Positions 1 to 8,413 of a stretch of DNA of 64,000 nt are shown in pieces. The position numbers and the translations under genes were made by a program. The number at the start of each line of letters is the position of its first letter. The first letter of the stretch is position 1. Origin of the DNA: a virus. The stretch is from positions 9,947 through 73,946 of IMG/VR virus record IMGVR_UViG_3300045911_000062; one strand, written 5' to 3'. The notes under the pieces are model-generated. The model made no database searches. It worked only from the letters and a program-made list of their open reading frames with translations, and was not told the origin of the DNA.

Positions 1-736
1 TTAAGTCTATATTAAAATCATATTGTTCAAAACTATTTATTATTTCATTTATAGTTGTATCTTTATTAATTTTTAAAGAATTGCAATGTTCCCTATTTAC
101 AGAAGAGTAATAATCATGAAATTTAAATCCATTACCGAGAACTTTATCAGAAAACTCTACCCATTTAGATTTTATTCCATATGCATCCGCTGCTATTAAG
201 CCGTGCAATGAACTTGATGCTATCATTTCACATGATAAAATCTGATCTACTACATTATTAATTCCAGATAATATATCTATTTTCAAAATTTCTTTTGATT
301 TGTTATAATTAAACCAATCATTATTAGCATCAACATAATGTGGAATAATTCCTAGTTTGTACTTCTTTTTTACTAATGGATTATAGTATTTTGGGTACAA
401 TAATGCAGGGTCTCCATATACTTCTGGACAATCTATTCCTTGTTTTAAAATGATATCTCTTGATAACTTCCCACGAACAGCACATATTTGTTTTGGAATT
501 GTTGATAATTTTCTAGAGCTTGAAAGAAAACCTGCTCCCCATATTATAGAACCGGAATCTGCTCTTTGTAAAATACTACCAATACAGATATATTTTTCTA
601 AATTATTTCCATGATTTATCCATACTACTTTTTTTCTAGAGATTTTTTCTATCAAGGTTTTATTAAGTAAATCCCCCCAATTATTTTTATCACTTCCATT
701 AATTGGATTGTACCAAAACACATTTATTGATGACAT
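1..736 (-). CDS. Polysaccharide pyruvyl transferase (ExoV-like), 3' end runs off the window
   Basis: Not in the ORF track. My translation from ATG at 736 gives MSSINVFWYNP..NNWGDLLN..IGSIL..IWGAG..AVRGKLSR..YGDPALL..LGIIPHYVD..SSSLHGLIAADAYGI..FKFHDYY, open to position 1. Clear paralog of 23086..23970. Confidence 0.88.
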   Translation of the reverse strand, partial: MSSINVFWYNPINGSDKNNWGDLLNKTLIEKISRKKVVWINHGNNLEKYICIGSILQRADSGSIIWGAGFLSSSRKLSTIPKQICAVRGKLSRDIILKQGIDCPEVYGDPALLYPKYYNPLVKKKYKLGIIPHYVDANNDWFNYNKSKEILKIDILSGINNVVDQILSCEMIASSSLHGLIAADAYGIKSKWVEFSDKVLGNGFKFHDYYSSVNREHCNSLKINKDTTINEIINSFEQYDFNIDL

Positions 737-924
737 TTATTAATACCTATATTATAATTGTTCGAATGAAAAATTAATTATATATTTTTATTTTTTGATA
801 TTTGTATTTTATATTTTACTAGAAATAAAACTATCGAAAGATTTCATGCATGTAGTTTTATACAAATTTATAACATATATAAATATTATATTTCGACAAA
901 AAATACTTTTAGTATTATTTATGG

Positions 925-953
925 TTGACATAATGGGAGTGTTCTTGTATATT
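925..953 (+). promoter_or_regulatory. Sigma70-type early promoter
   Basis: TTGACA (925-930), 17-nt spacer, TATATT (948-953), upstream of ATG at 981. Confidence 0.7.
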
Positions 954-980
954 ATTGGCATACAATTTATTGGATTTACA

Positions 981-1493
981 ATGAAAGCAAAAGATATAAA
1001 ATATAATGAAAAATGGGCAGTTGCAATAGATTTAGACGGAACATTATGCAATTTCGAAAAAAAAGTTTCAGAAATTAATAACATGGAATTTGATAAAATT
1101 CCAAAGAGAAAAATTTGGACTTCTATATCGGAATATGATAAAAACGTACAGCCTTTCTTTGAATCTTTAGAATTATTACCAGATGCCATGCAACTTTTTA
1201 ATTTCGTAAAGAATAATTTCATTAATTATTATATTTTATCTGCTTCTGGGCGTACACCAAAAAATGCTGCTGAACAAAAAAGAAATTGGTGTAAGAAACA
1301 TTTGGGACATGTAGTTGTTAAAATTGTTCAAAGTAGCGAACAAAAAAGTCAATATGCCACGCCTAACTCTATTTTAATTGATGATAGAGAAAAATCTATT
1401 AAACCGTGGGTTGACGCTGGTGGTATTGGTATACTACACGTTAATTCAGCACAATCAATTTCTAAATTGAAAGAAATTATAAATTTAAAATAA
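981..1493 (+). CDS. HAD-family 5'(3')-deoxyribonucleotidase
   Basis: Motifs AIDLDGTL, ILSASG and LIDDR..W..AGGIGILH. Start moved from 795 to ATG 981 because the upstream part is low-complexity and contains the promoter. Confidence 0.8.
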   Translation: MKAKDIKYNEKWAVAIDLDGTLCNFEKKVSEINNMEFDKIPKRKIWTSISEYDKNVQPFFESLELLPDAMQLFNFVKNNFINYYILSASGRTPKNAAEQKRNWCKKHLGHVVVKIVQSSEQKSQYATPNSILIDDREKSIKPWVDAGGIGILHVNSAQSISKLKEIINLK

Positions 1494-1495
1494 AT

Positions 1496-1738
1496 TTATT
1501 TTAACAAATTATTAATATCAATACCATTTATTTTTTTAACTAAAAGATTTGGTAATGTATAATTTACTACAAAACCAACATGATTTCCATCCGGTGGTAA
1601 ATAACTTCCGTAAACTGGAGGTATATCTCCATCTAGCAATTCTTTACCATTTATAGTCTTTTTTACTTCTGGATATGTTATATCAGGATAAACAATAAAT
1701 CCTACTCTATCACCGCTAGGAGGTACATATATGGTCAT
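1496..1738 (-). CDS. Small putative tail-associated protein with duplicated Y-x-PP-x-G-xx-VGF motif
   Basis: YVPPSGDRVGF and YLPPDGNHVGF; ATGA overlap with the upstream gene. Confidence 0.5.
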   Translation of the reverse strand: MTIYVPPSGDRVGFIVYPDITYPEVKKTINGKELLDGDIPPVYGSYLPPDGNHVGFVVNYTLPNLLVKKINGIDINNLLK

Positions 1739-2082
1739 ACGGGCGTTATCCTAGTATGTATTGAATCGTTTTCACCGTTTATACCACGACATATGACAAA
1801 ATATTCTCTATCTGGTAATCCTTCAAAACTATACGTACCATCGATTGGTGATGAAATGGTTCTAGCTACGTGTACGTTTGTTTCTTTGTCAAAAATATCT
1901 ATTACTCTTGATACTGGTGCATTGCCTAAAACCACTTTACTAGGATTATCAGCAGCAATTCTTTTATTTCCAGGCGGAATGCTATTAGTTATTGAAAATG
2001 GGTATATAGGAAATATGTTTGTAGTTATAACATTAACTCCTTCTGAAATTGAAATAGTAGGCATTGCATCATAATGTGGCAT
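1735..2082 (-). CDS. Putative virion protein with small beta-sandwich (carboxypeptidase-regulatory-like) domain
   Basis: VARTISSPIDGTYSFEGLP..EYFVI pattern; structural operon context. Confidence 0.5.
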   Translation of the reverse strand: MPHYDAMPTISISEGVNVITTNIFPIYPFSITNSIPPGNKRIAADNPSKVVLGNAPVSRVIDIFDKETNVHVARTISSPIDGTYSFEGLPDREYFVICRGINGENDSIHTRITPV

Positions 2083-2085
2083 ATT

Positions 2086-3003
2086 TTATTCCCACCTTAT
2101 AGCTAAAGAATGTAAAGTAGAATTATGTATAGAAGCATTTCCAGGTGCTCCCATCACCCCTGAACCATTAGCACCTAATGCCAAATATGTTATTGGTGTT
2201 ACACCAACCGGGGTCGCTGTGAATGTACTAGAATAACCTATTTCAGTCGTATAATAACTTAAAAAGTTTGGAATGCAAGTAACTGCCCGTTGCATACCAA
2301 AATGACGCATGACTTGAGCTTGACCGTTTACCAAAGTAGGGCCACTTCCTGGGAAGAAACATGTAGACATACCATCATTAGTTACAGAATTTAAATTAGT
2401 ATTTATTGTAAATCTTTGTATAGGATGATTTGTTTGTGAGTCAGAATAATAAACATAAAATCCTCCAGGTATTGGTGTCCCTGATGAATCTGTAAATCTG
2501 CTAATAGCGAAAAAGGAAAAACCTAATTCAATGGTATTCCAATGATCTCTTTGGCTATATTTTTTATAACATAGTGCTAAATATCCAGGTAAATAACATA
2601 AAAATGATGTTTTAGGATCTGTATTTGATTTTATTGGATTAAAACTAGATATAGTTAATCTTGGAGTGACATTTCCAGTTATTGTACCAGACCCATTTGT
2701 TCCGGTACCAACAGTTATGTACATAAATGGAACTCTATTATCACCACCACTATTTTCATTTGATATTTCCAATTTAAAGTATATTGGATCAGTTGAATGC
2801 AGAAAATCATTAATATATCTTATTTCATAAGCTGTAGTCGAAGTATTCGGTGGTAAAGTAGAAGTTAACCAATTTACTTGTCCTGTATCTGTAGTTTTTG
2901 GAATACCTATATTTGTTAGATAATCTGATAACTCTGAATGGGTATTTCTCCAACCATTATCATTTGCATGATTTAAAGGTGTTGTCCATAATTCTGTTGC
3001 CAT
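2086..3003 (-). CDS. Putative virion/tail fibre-associated protein
   Basis: G/T/N-rich (TDTGQVNW, VGTGTNGSGTITG); ends LAIRWE; late operon. Confidence 0.5.
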   Translation of the reverse strand: MATELWTTPLNHANDNGWRNTHSELSDYLTNIGIPKTTDTGQVNWLTSTLPPNTSTTAYEIRYINDFLHSTDPIYFKLEISNENSGGDNRVPFMYITVGTGTNGSGTITGNVTPRLTISSFNPIKSNTDPKTSFLCYLPGYLALCYKKYSQRDHWNTIELGFSFFAISRFTDSSGTPIPGGFYVYYSDSQTNHPIQRFTINTNLNSVTNDGMSTCFFPGSGPTLVNGQAQVMRHFGMQRAVTCIPNFLSYYTTEIGYSSTFTATPVGVTPITYLALGANGSGVMGAPGNASIHNSTLHSLAIRWE

Positions 3004-3019
3004 TTTTTATCCTTTTTAA

Positions 3020-3556
3020 TTAAATATGTGTATAATAGTCATTACTAATATTAACAAAAACTTCGTGTGGCGTACTAGCAAATCCTATACGCCTAGTAAC
3101 TGAGTTGCTAGCTGTTGGTGCTGTCTGAGTCATTTGTCCTGGCGTCTCCGACATCATCACCGGCCCAGACACTGTAAAAATTGGAAATAATGAATCTGCC
3201 CTTATATTACCAATATATAATATAATGGTATTATCATTCGCATTGCCTCCGCTTACACAAACTCCTACTTTGACATCACCAGACGTAGAAGCATCACTAG
3301 CATCTGCTTTATACCATTTACTATCTACTCCATTTAGATATATAACTTCTCCAAATAAAACAGACTCACCTAATATTCCAGTTTCATAAAATATTCCACC
3401 CCAACTATTATTATCTAAAGGTTTAATACAATTAGTAAAAGTTTTAATTTGTGATGTAGATATTTTAACATCGGAAGCAGATTGTACGCCAGCTAATTCT
3501 TCGCTTCCAGTAAGTGGACTTGCTGGGGTAAAATCTACTATTCTCGTATCTGGCAT
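3020..3556 (-). CDS. Putative tail fibre/decoration protein
   Basis: N-terminal fibre-type motif (RIVDFTPASPLTGSEELAGVQ) plus GEVIYL..WYKADAS..G..TAPT..RRIGFA domain; late promoter at 3578-3585. Confidence 0.55.
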   Translation of the reverse strand: MPDTRIVDFTPASPLTGSEELAGVQSASDVKISTSQIKTFTNCIKPLDNNSWGGIFYETGILGESVLFGEVIYLNGVDSKWYKADASDASTSGDVKVGVCVSGGNANDNTIILYIGNIRADSLFPIFTVSGPVMMSETPGQMTQTAPTASNSVTRRIGFASTPHEVFVNISNDYYTHI

Positions 3557-3638
3557 TTACATATCCTCATCATTTTGTATTTATTTATTACTACTTCTCT
3601 CATTTTTGTTTTAACTTTAATATAATCTAAATAAATCA

Positions 3639-4922
3639 TTAGTTAAGTAATATTTTACCACCATCGACACGTAATATGTAACCCCCATTATGCATCAGCA
3701 ACGCGGGATTACTAGGTTCAGACGATGGTGTAGGTGTAGGTGTAGGCGTAGGTGTAGGTGTAGGCGTAGGTGGTTCTATGGTATTTACCGTTATATTTAA
3801 CACTTCCCCTACATTCATATGTATATTATATGGTTTAGGAACTGAACATTCTTCAAAACCATCAAAACCAGCCCCAAATTTATACCCATATAATCTTATT
3901 TCACCATTCCCAGATAACGGAGCGGAGATACTTTCAGCAAATGTTAATATTGTTGTATTTGTTTCTGGATTGTATGAATGATTACTAATTTTATATTCAG
4001 TTAAATTAAACGTATCAGGATTATAGAACCATACTCGTCTTGGGGCTATTAAACCAGTTCGCAGTTGAATTGAACCGTGTATATTTTCTGAAACATGATT
4101 AAATACATTATTATTTTTTATTTTTATAATAGTATCAGTACCATTATAAGTTACTGTTTTTACTTGATATACACCGTTATTTTTATTTGGACTTTTAACT
4201 TCGATATAGCCAGATATTGAGGTGGTATCTACCTGTTCGCTTACAATGATTTCTGTTCTGTTCGATTCTGGTATGTATCTAACTAAAGTTACAGCATAAA
4301 CGCCGTCATTATAACGGCTGCCAGACACCCTAAAATGCATCTTACTTTTTATTTCTGAAACTTTATTTCCAGAAATAAAAAAGCTATTGGGCGTATTATG
4401 AACTATATCAAAAGTGAAAAAGGGGACTACTAAAAATAATTTATGTATATTGAACGTATTTAAATGGTTCCCTCGCAAAATTATTGTATCATGAGATGGA
4501 ATATTATGAATTTGAATTCTTTTATCAAATGTAAAATTGTTTATTAAATCAGGATCTCCAGATAATTCTACCGTATCTGATGTTTCATTTATTGAAATAA
4601 TAGGAGCAGAAACTAAAAGATCAGAATTGTCAAATATTAATCCATATCCACCGATACATTCAAAAAGATCGCAACACTCTACTGCATCAAAACCACATTC
4701 TTCGTCCCATATTAAACCAAATCCAACAGGTCCGCATAATGCTAAATTTTTCTTAATTATGTCGATATTGTGATTTTCTGTAATACCTACAGAAATGTAT
4801 TCATTTATCCTATATTTTTCGATGACTTCCAACAGCTTAGTATGATACGGTTTTACTTCTAAAAAATAGCGTATCAGTGCATCTATAGGTTTTGATATTC
4901 CGGGCCTTAGTTCACAAGACAT
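3639..4922 (-). CDS. Virion structural protein (baseplate wedge-like N-terminus) with Pro-Thr tract
   Basis: N-terminal YFLEVKPYHTK motif, Cys-rich segment, C-terminal EPPTPTPTPTPTPTPTPSS; late promoter at 4945-4952. Confidence 0.6.
   Translation of the reverse strand: MSCELRPGISKPIDALIRYFLEVKPYHTKLLEVIEKYRINEYISVGITENHNIDIIKKNLALCGPVGFGLIWDEECGFDAVECCDLFECIGGYGLIFDNSDLLVSAPIISINETSDTVELSGDPDLINNFTFDKRIQIHNIPSHDTIILRGNHLNTFNIHKLFLVVPFFTFDIVHNTPNSFFISGNKVSEIKSKMHFRVSGSRYNDGVYAVTLVRYIPESNRTEIIVSEQVDTTSISGYIEVKSPNKNNGVYQVKTVTYNGTDTIIKIKNNNVFNHVSENIHGSIQLRTGLIAPRRVWFYNPDTFNLTEYKISNHSYNPETNTTILTFAESISAPLSGNGEIRLYGYKFGAGFDGFEECSVPKPYNIHMNVGEVLNITVNTIEPPTPTPTPTPTPTPTPSSEPSNPALLMHNGGYILRVDGGKILLN
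3727..3773 (-). repeat. 6-bp tandem repeat (GGYGTA) encoding (PT)n
   Basis: ggtgtaggtgtaggtgtaggcgta... seen directly. Confidence 0.9.
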
Positions 4923-4952
4923 TCCAAATCCAAAGTTATAGATTTATTTATG

Positions 4953-5165
4953 CTATGCGGATTTGCTATTTAAAGAATTGTTTGGAATTGTTTTGTTATT
5001 GTGCAACATAGAATATAAAACTTCCAAAGATTGGCGAGTTGCAATAGTTACAACCCGTAACTCGTAATCAGTAATATCTTCTATTTTTGTAGAGTACAAA
5101 AAATTTAAAGTTTGTTCTAATGAGTTTACATTAAAAAATTCATGTTCAATAATTTTATCATTCAT
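4953..5165 (-). CDS. Hypothetical protein
   Basis: Likely start ATG 5165 (MNDKIIEH), overlapping the end of the upstream gene. Confidence 0.5.
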   Translation of the reverse strand: MNDKIIEHEFFNVNSLEQTLNFLYSTKIEDITDYELRVVTIATRQSLEVLYSMLHNNKTIPNNSLNSKSA

Positions 5166-5358
5166 ATTGAATATTATTTTGTTTATTTTTGTTTTCGTCA
5201 ATCTTTGATTTGCTACCATCAATTACATGTTTTACTTTTTCTAAAAACTCAGAACTAAAAGATTTATTTAGTAATATTTTATTTTTACGAGAATAAGACG
5301 CAGAATGTGATAAAAATTCAATGTACTCATTTATTGATGCCTCATCAATTTTTTTCAT
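5158..5358 (-). CDS. Hypothetical protein
   Basis: 66-aa ORF tiling with neighbours. Confidence 0.5.
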   Translation of the reverse strand: MKKIDEASINEYIEFLSHSASYSRKNKILLNKSFSSEFLEKVKHVIDGSKSKIDENKNKQNNIQYE

Positions 5359-5400
5359 ATTTTCTGTTATCCTAAACTACATGTTATAACCTATATTTAG

Positions 5401-6396
5401 TTATTTTCTAATTTTAATTTGAAATTCTACATTTGAACCGGAATATATCGAATCTGTAATCAATTTTATAGTATATGGTCTTCCATTTTTCTTAACACAT
5501 TCTGTAATATCTTTAACATCATCATCAAATTTAGGTATAGAAATACTCCAATTATGTTTTATTGCAAACTCTAACAATTTATCAGATGATCCCTTACGAT
5601 CTGGAACAATAATTTTTTGTTTTTTACATCTAACTAATAAATGTTCTTGTTCTGATGTAAGATAATTTTCCATAACAGCTACTCCATTAATATGAAAAGC
5701 ATCAAAAAAGCCCTCTGTTATGAACAAACGATTTGTTGTATTATCAAATAACCTATCAATAAAGTACATTGCTCCTAATTTTGGTTTATCAACTGACACA
5801 TATTTTCTTTGAGATTCTATCAATGCTCTAGACTGATAATAAATCATTTTTGATTCTTTAAATGCCGGTATTATTAATCTATTTTTTAGATATAATGCTT
5901 TAGCATTTTCATCGGGAGAAACAGATGATTTCCCTGTAGAAAGATAAAACGAATATTTTTCATGATCTATGCATTTTTCTTGTTTCAAGAAATTTATAGC
6001 TATATTATAAAATGGATGCGATTTAGCATTTTTAAGTTCAACAAAATAATCTGGAATATCAATATAAGAAAATTTAGGTTTTTCTTTAGGTTTATTTGAT
6101 ATTTTATCTGATAATAATAAACGAAGATATAAAATTTTATTCAAAGGAATACCAAATGCTTCTAAAATAGTCTTTACATCTTTACTCATTGCATATGGTG
6201 GTTCTAATCTTCCCTTTATGCCACAGTTGAAACAATGATAAGAAGCGGAATCATTATTCAACAACCATCCGCCTCTAGGTCCTTTAGTCCTACTTCCGTC
6301 TCCGCATACTTCACAAAAGACTTTCTGCCAACCAGCAGCAGTTGGGTTTTTTATGTTTATATGTTCTCTTATGATATCTTCTAAAGTTTCATTCAT
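5401..6396 (-). CDS. DNA primase (T4 gp61-like)
   Basis: Zn finger CEVCGD..YHCFNCG; RLIIP, YQSR; TOPRIM motif ITEGFFDA..PDR..KDI. Confidence 0.9.
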   Translation of the reverse strand: MNETLEDIIREHINIKNPTAAGWQKVFCEVCGDGSRTKGPRGGWLLNNDSASYHCFNCGIKGRLEPPYAMSKDVKTILEAFGIPLNKILYLRLLLSDKISNKPKEKPKFSYIDIPDYFVELKNAKSHPFYNIAINFLKQEKCIDHEKYSFYLSTGKSSVSPDENAKALYLKNRLIIPAFKESKMIYYQSRALIESQRKYVSVDKPKLGAMYFIDRLFDNTTNRLFITEGFFDAFHINGVAVMENYLTSEQEHLLVRCKKQKIIVPDRKGSSDKLLEFAIKHNWSISIPKFDDDVKDITECVKKNGRPYTIKLITDSIYSGSNVEFQIKIRK

Positions 6397-6402
6397 CTTA
6401 GT

Positions 6403-6432
6403 ATTATACAGTTAGATGAATAGAAGGGTCAA
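6403..6432 (-). promoter_or_regulatory. Sigma70-type promoter of primase
   Basis: Minus strand TTGACC (6432-6427), 18-nt spacer, TATAAT (6408-6403). Confidence 0.6.
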
Positions 6433-7115
6433 GTTTTCTTTTTGTTCTGTAGTTTTTTTGTGGCAGGATTTTTCTTTTCTGATACTGGTGATTTTTTTTC
6501 TTGTACTTTCTCTTCGTCTTTTGATTTTAATTCACTATTATTTTGTAAACGTCGGAGGACTTCATCACTGTCTAGCCATATATCTTTACCTTCTAATACA
6601 TCTTTAATTTCTGTTTCAGATAAAAATCCTCCGTAAATATCGCGAGTGAGCTTTTGAAACCAATCACTAACATGATTTATTCTAGAAACAATTTCATTTC
6701 CTTTACCAAAATTGCCCTCAGAATAACTATGAATCATAAAACTACAATTTTTATTGACAATAAATTCATGCCCTGCCAAAAATATTAAAGTTGCTGCTGA
6801 ATATACTTTTCCATCCATACATGTAATAACTGTTGCTCGCGATGTTCGTATGGCATTTATTATTTGAATAGTGACATATAAATCACCGCCCGGGCAATTC
6901 AGATATATTATTATTTTATCATGTGCTTCCGCAGTTTTTAACACATGAATCAATTCTTGAAATTGCTTATAGTCTTGTATTTCATCGCTAATATAAAAAT
7001 GATAGATATTTACTGATATGACTTGCGTATAGCATTTTATTAAATTATTATCTTGGGGCTGTGTAATTAATTGTTCGGTTTCTACTTGCTTTAAAGGCTG
7101 ATAGTGTTTGATCAT
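6429..7115 (-). CDS. ClpP-like serine protease
   Basis: IYLNCPGGD, YSAATLIFLAG (Ser), FMIH (His), KDIWL (Asp). Confidence 0.85.
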   Translation of the reverse strand: MIKHYQPLKQVETEQLITQPQDNNLIKCYTQVISVNIYHFYISDEIQDYKQFQELIHVLKTAEAHDKIIIYLNCPGGDLYVTIQIINAIRTSRATVITCMDGKVYSAATLIFLAGHEFIVNKNCSFMIHSYSEGNFGKGNEIVSRINHVSDWFQKLTRDIYGGFLSETEIKDVLEGKDIWLDSDEVLRRLQNNSELKSKDEEKVQEKKSPVSEKKNPATKKLQNKKKT

Positions 7116-7141
7116 CTATTTTTAATCCCATATCGTAAAAG

Positions 7142-7149
7142 TATTTATA
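7142..7149 (-). promoter_or_regulatory. T4-type late promoter TATAAATA
   Basis: Exact TATAAATA on the minus strand just upstream of the ClpP-like start. Confidence 0.65.
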
Positions 7150-7276
7150 TCCAGTTTTAAAACTACATATTTTACTAACTGTTATAGTTAAAACGCAGAA
7201 CGCCATTTTTATTGATGCCTCTCCATATATTTTTATATGAAAAATTATGTTTATTATGTAATTTTTATTATTAATT

Positions 7277-8398
7277 TTATGTTAATAGATTTGAAAACAT
7301 GCCATCTCTAATATCATGTTTTACTCCACCAACAACATATGAAGATATCTCTACTTCTTGTGGAGCTACTTGTACGTTACTGCCAATTAAATATTTGTCA
7401 GTCCATGTTATTGGATTTTTAACTGGATAATCATTTTTTATGCCTATAGTACGCATTCTCTTTCCTGCGATATGTTTAACATATTCACATAGAATAGGTT
7501 TTGTTAATCCTAACATTGGTCCATCTTTAAACAAATAATCTGCCCATTCAGTTTCTTGTTTTACACAATCAATATACATTTTTTCTATAATTGGTAAACT
7601 TTCTACAAACAATTCTGCCATTTCTGGATCATCTTCTCCATTTGCCCATTTTTTTAAAATATTTTGGGTAAATGCTAAGTGTAAGTTTTCATCTCTTGCG
7701 ATAAAAGTGATAATCTTTGCATTACCCTCCATCAAACCTCTTTCCGCAAAGGCAAAAGAGCACGCAAATGATGCATAAAAACGCACTCCTTCTAATACAT
7801 TAACAGATGCCATACATAATAGTAATTTTCTTTTTAACTCTCTAAGAGAAATATTAACTAATCCATCATCTTTAGTATTATGCCGACCTTCTCCAAAAAC
7901 CTGATATAATAATGAATATTTCATGAAGTCATCATAATAAGAAGTTACGCTATCTGCCCTATTTAAAATATTAAAATCTGTCATTATTTGATTAAGAACT
8001 TCGGTCGGATTAGAAAAAACATTTTGTATTATCCATGAATATGAAAAGCTATGTAATGACTCAAACATAGACCATAGCGTTATCATAGATTCTATTTCTG
8101 GATTTGAAACATGCGGCATAAAAGACTGTGGACTTCTGCTTTGAACAGAGTCCAAGAAAGTTTGAAACAACAAATTTTTTATAAAAATATGTTGTTCATT
8201 TTGTGGTAAATGTTTAAAATCTTTACTGTCCTTAGATAGATCTATCTCATCAGGCTTCCAAAAAAAACCTAACTGTTTTATATACAATTGTTTAAATATT
8301 TCAAATCTTTGAACATCAAATCTTGAAACATTAGGCGTTTCACCGAAAAACATATATTCTTTTGTGAAATCTATATTATTCTTATTAAATGACTTCAT
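7277..8398 (-). CDS. nrdB: Ribonucleotide reductase class Ia beta subunit
   Basis: FFWKPDEIDL, LDSVQ, FESLHSFSY (radical Tyr), LEGVRFY, RDENLH, APQEVE. Confidence 0.97.
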   Translation of the reverse strand: MKSFNKNNIDFTKEYMFFGETPNVSRFDVQRFEIFKQLYIKQLGFFWKPDEIDLSKDSKDFKHLPQNEQHIFIKNLLFQTFLDSVQSRSPQSFMPHVSNPEIESMITLWSMFESLHSFSYSWIIQNVFSNPTEVLNQIMTDFNILNRADSVTSYYDDFMKYSLLYQVFGEGRHNTKDDGLVNISLRELKRKLLLCMASVNVLEGVRFYASFACSFAFAERGLMEGNAKIITFIARDENLHLAFTQNILKKWANGEDDPEMAELFVESLPIIEKMYIDCVKQETEWADYLFKDGPMLGLTKPILCEYVKHIAGKRMRTIGIKNDYPVKNPITWTDKYLIGSNVQVAPQEVEISSYVVGGVKHDIRDGMFSNLLT

Positions 8399-8413
8399 TT
8401 TTATATTACTCCT

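Noticed and set aside
7116-7276. Intergenic stretch sharing TTTATTGATGCCTC and ACGCAGAA with about 5298-5343
   Set aside because: The matches are short, differently spaced and in AT-rich DNA; no convincing ORF or RNA structure.
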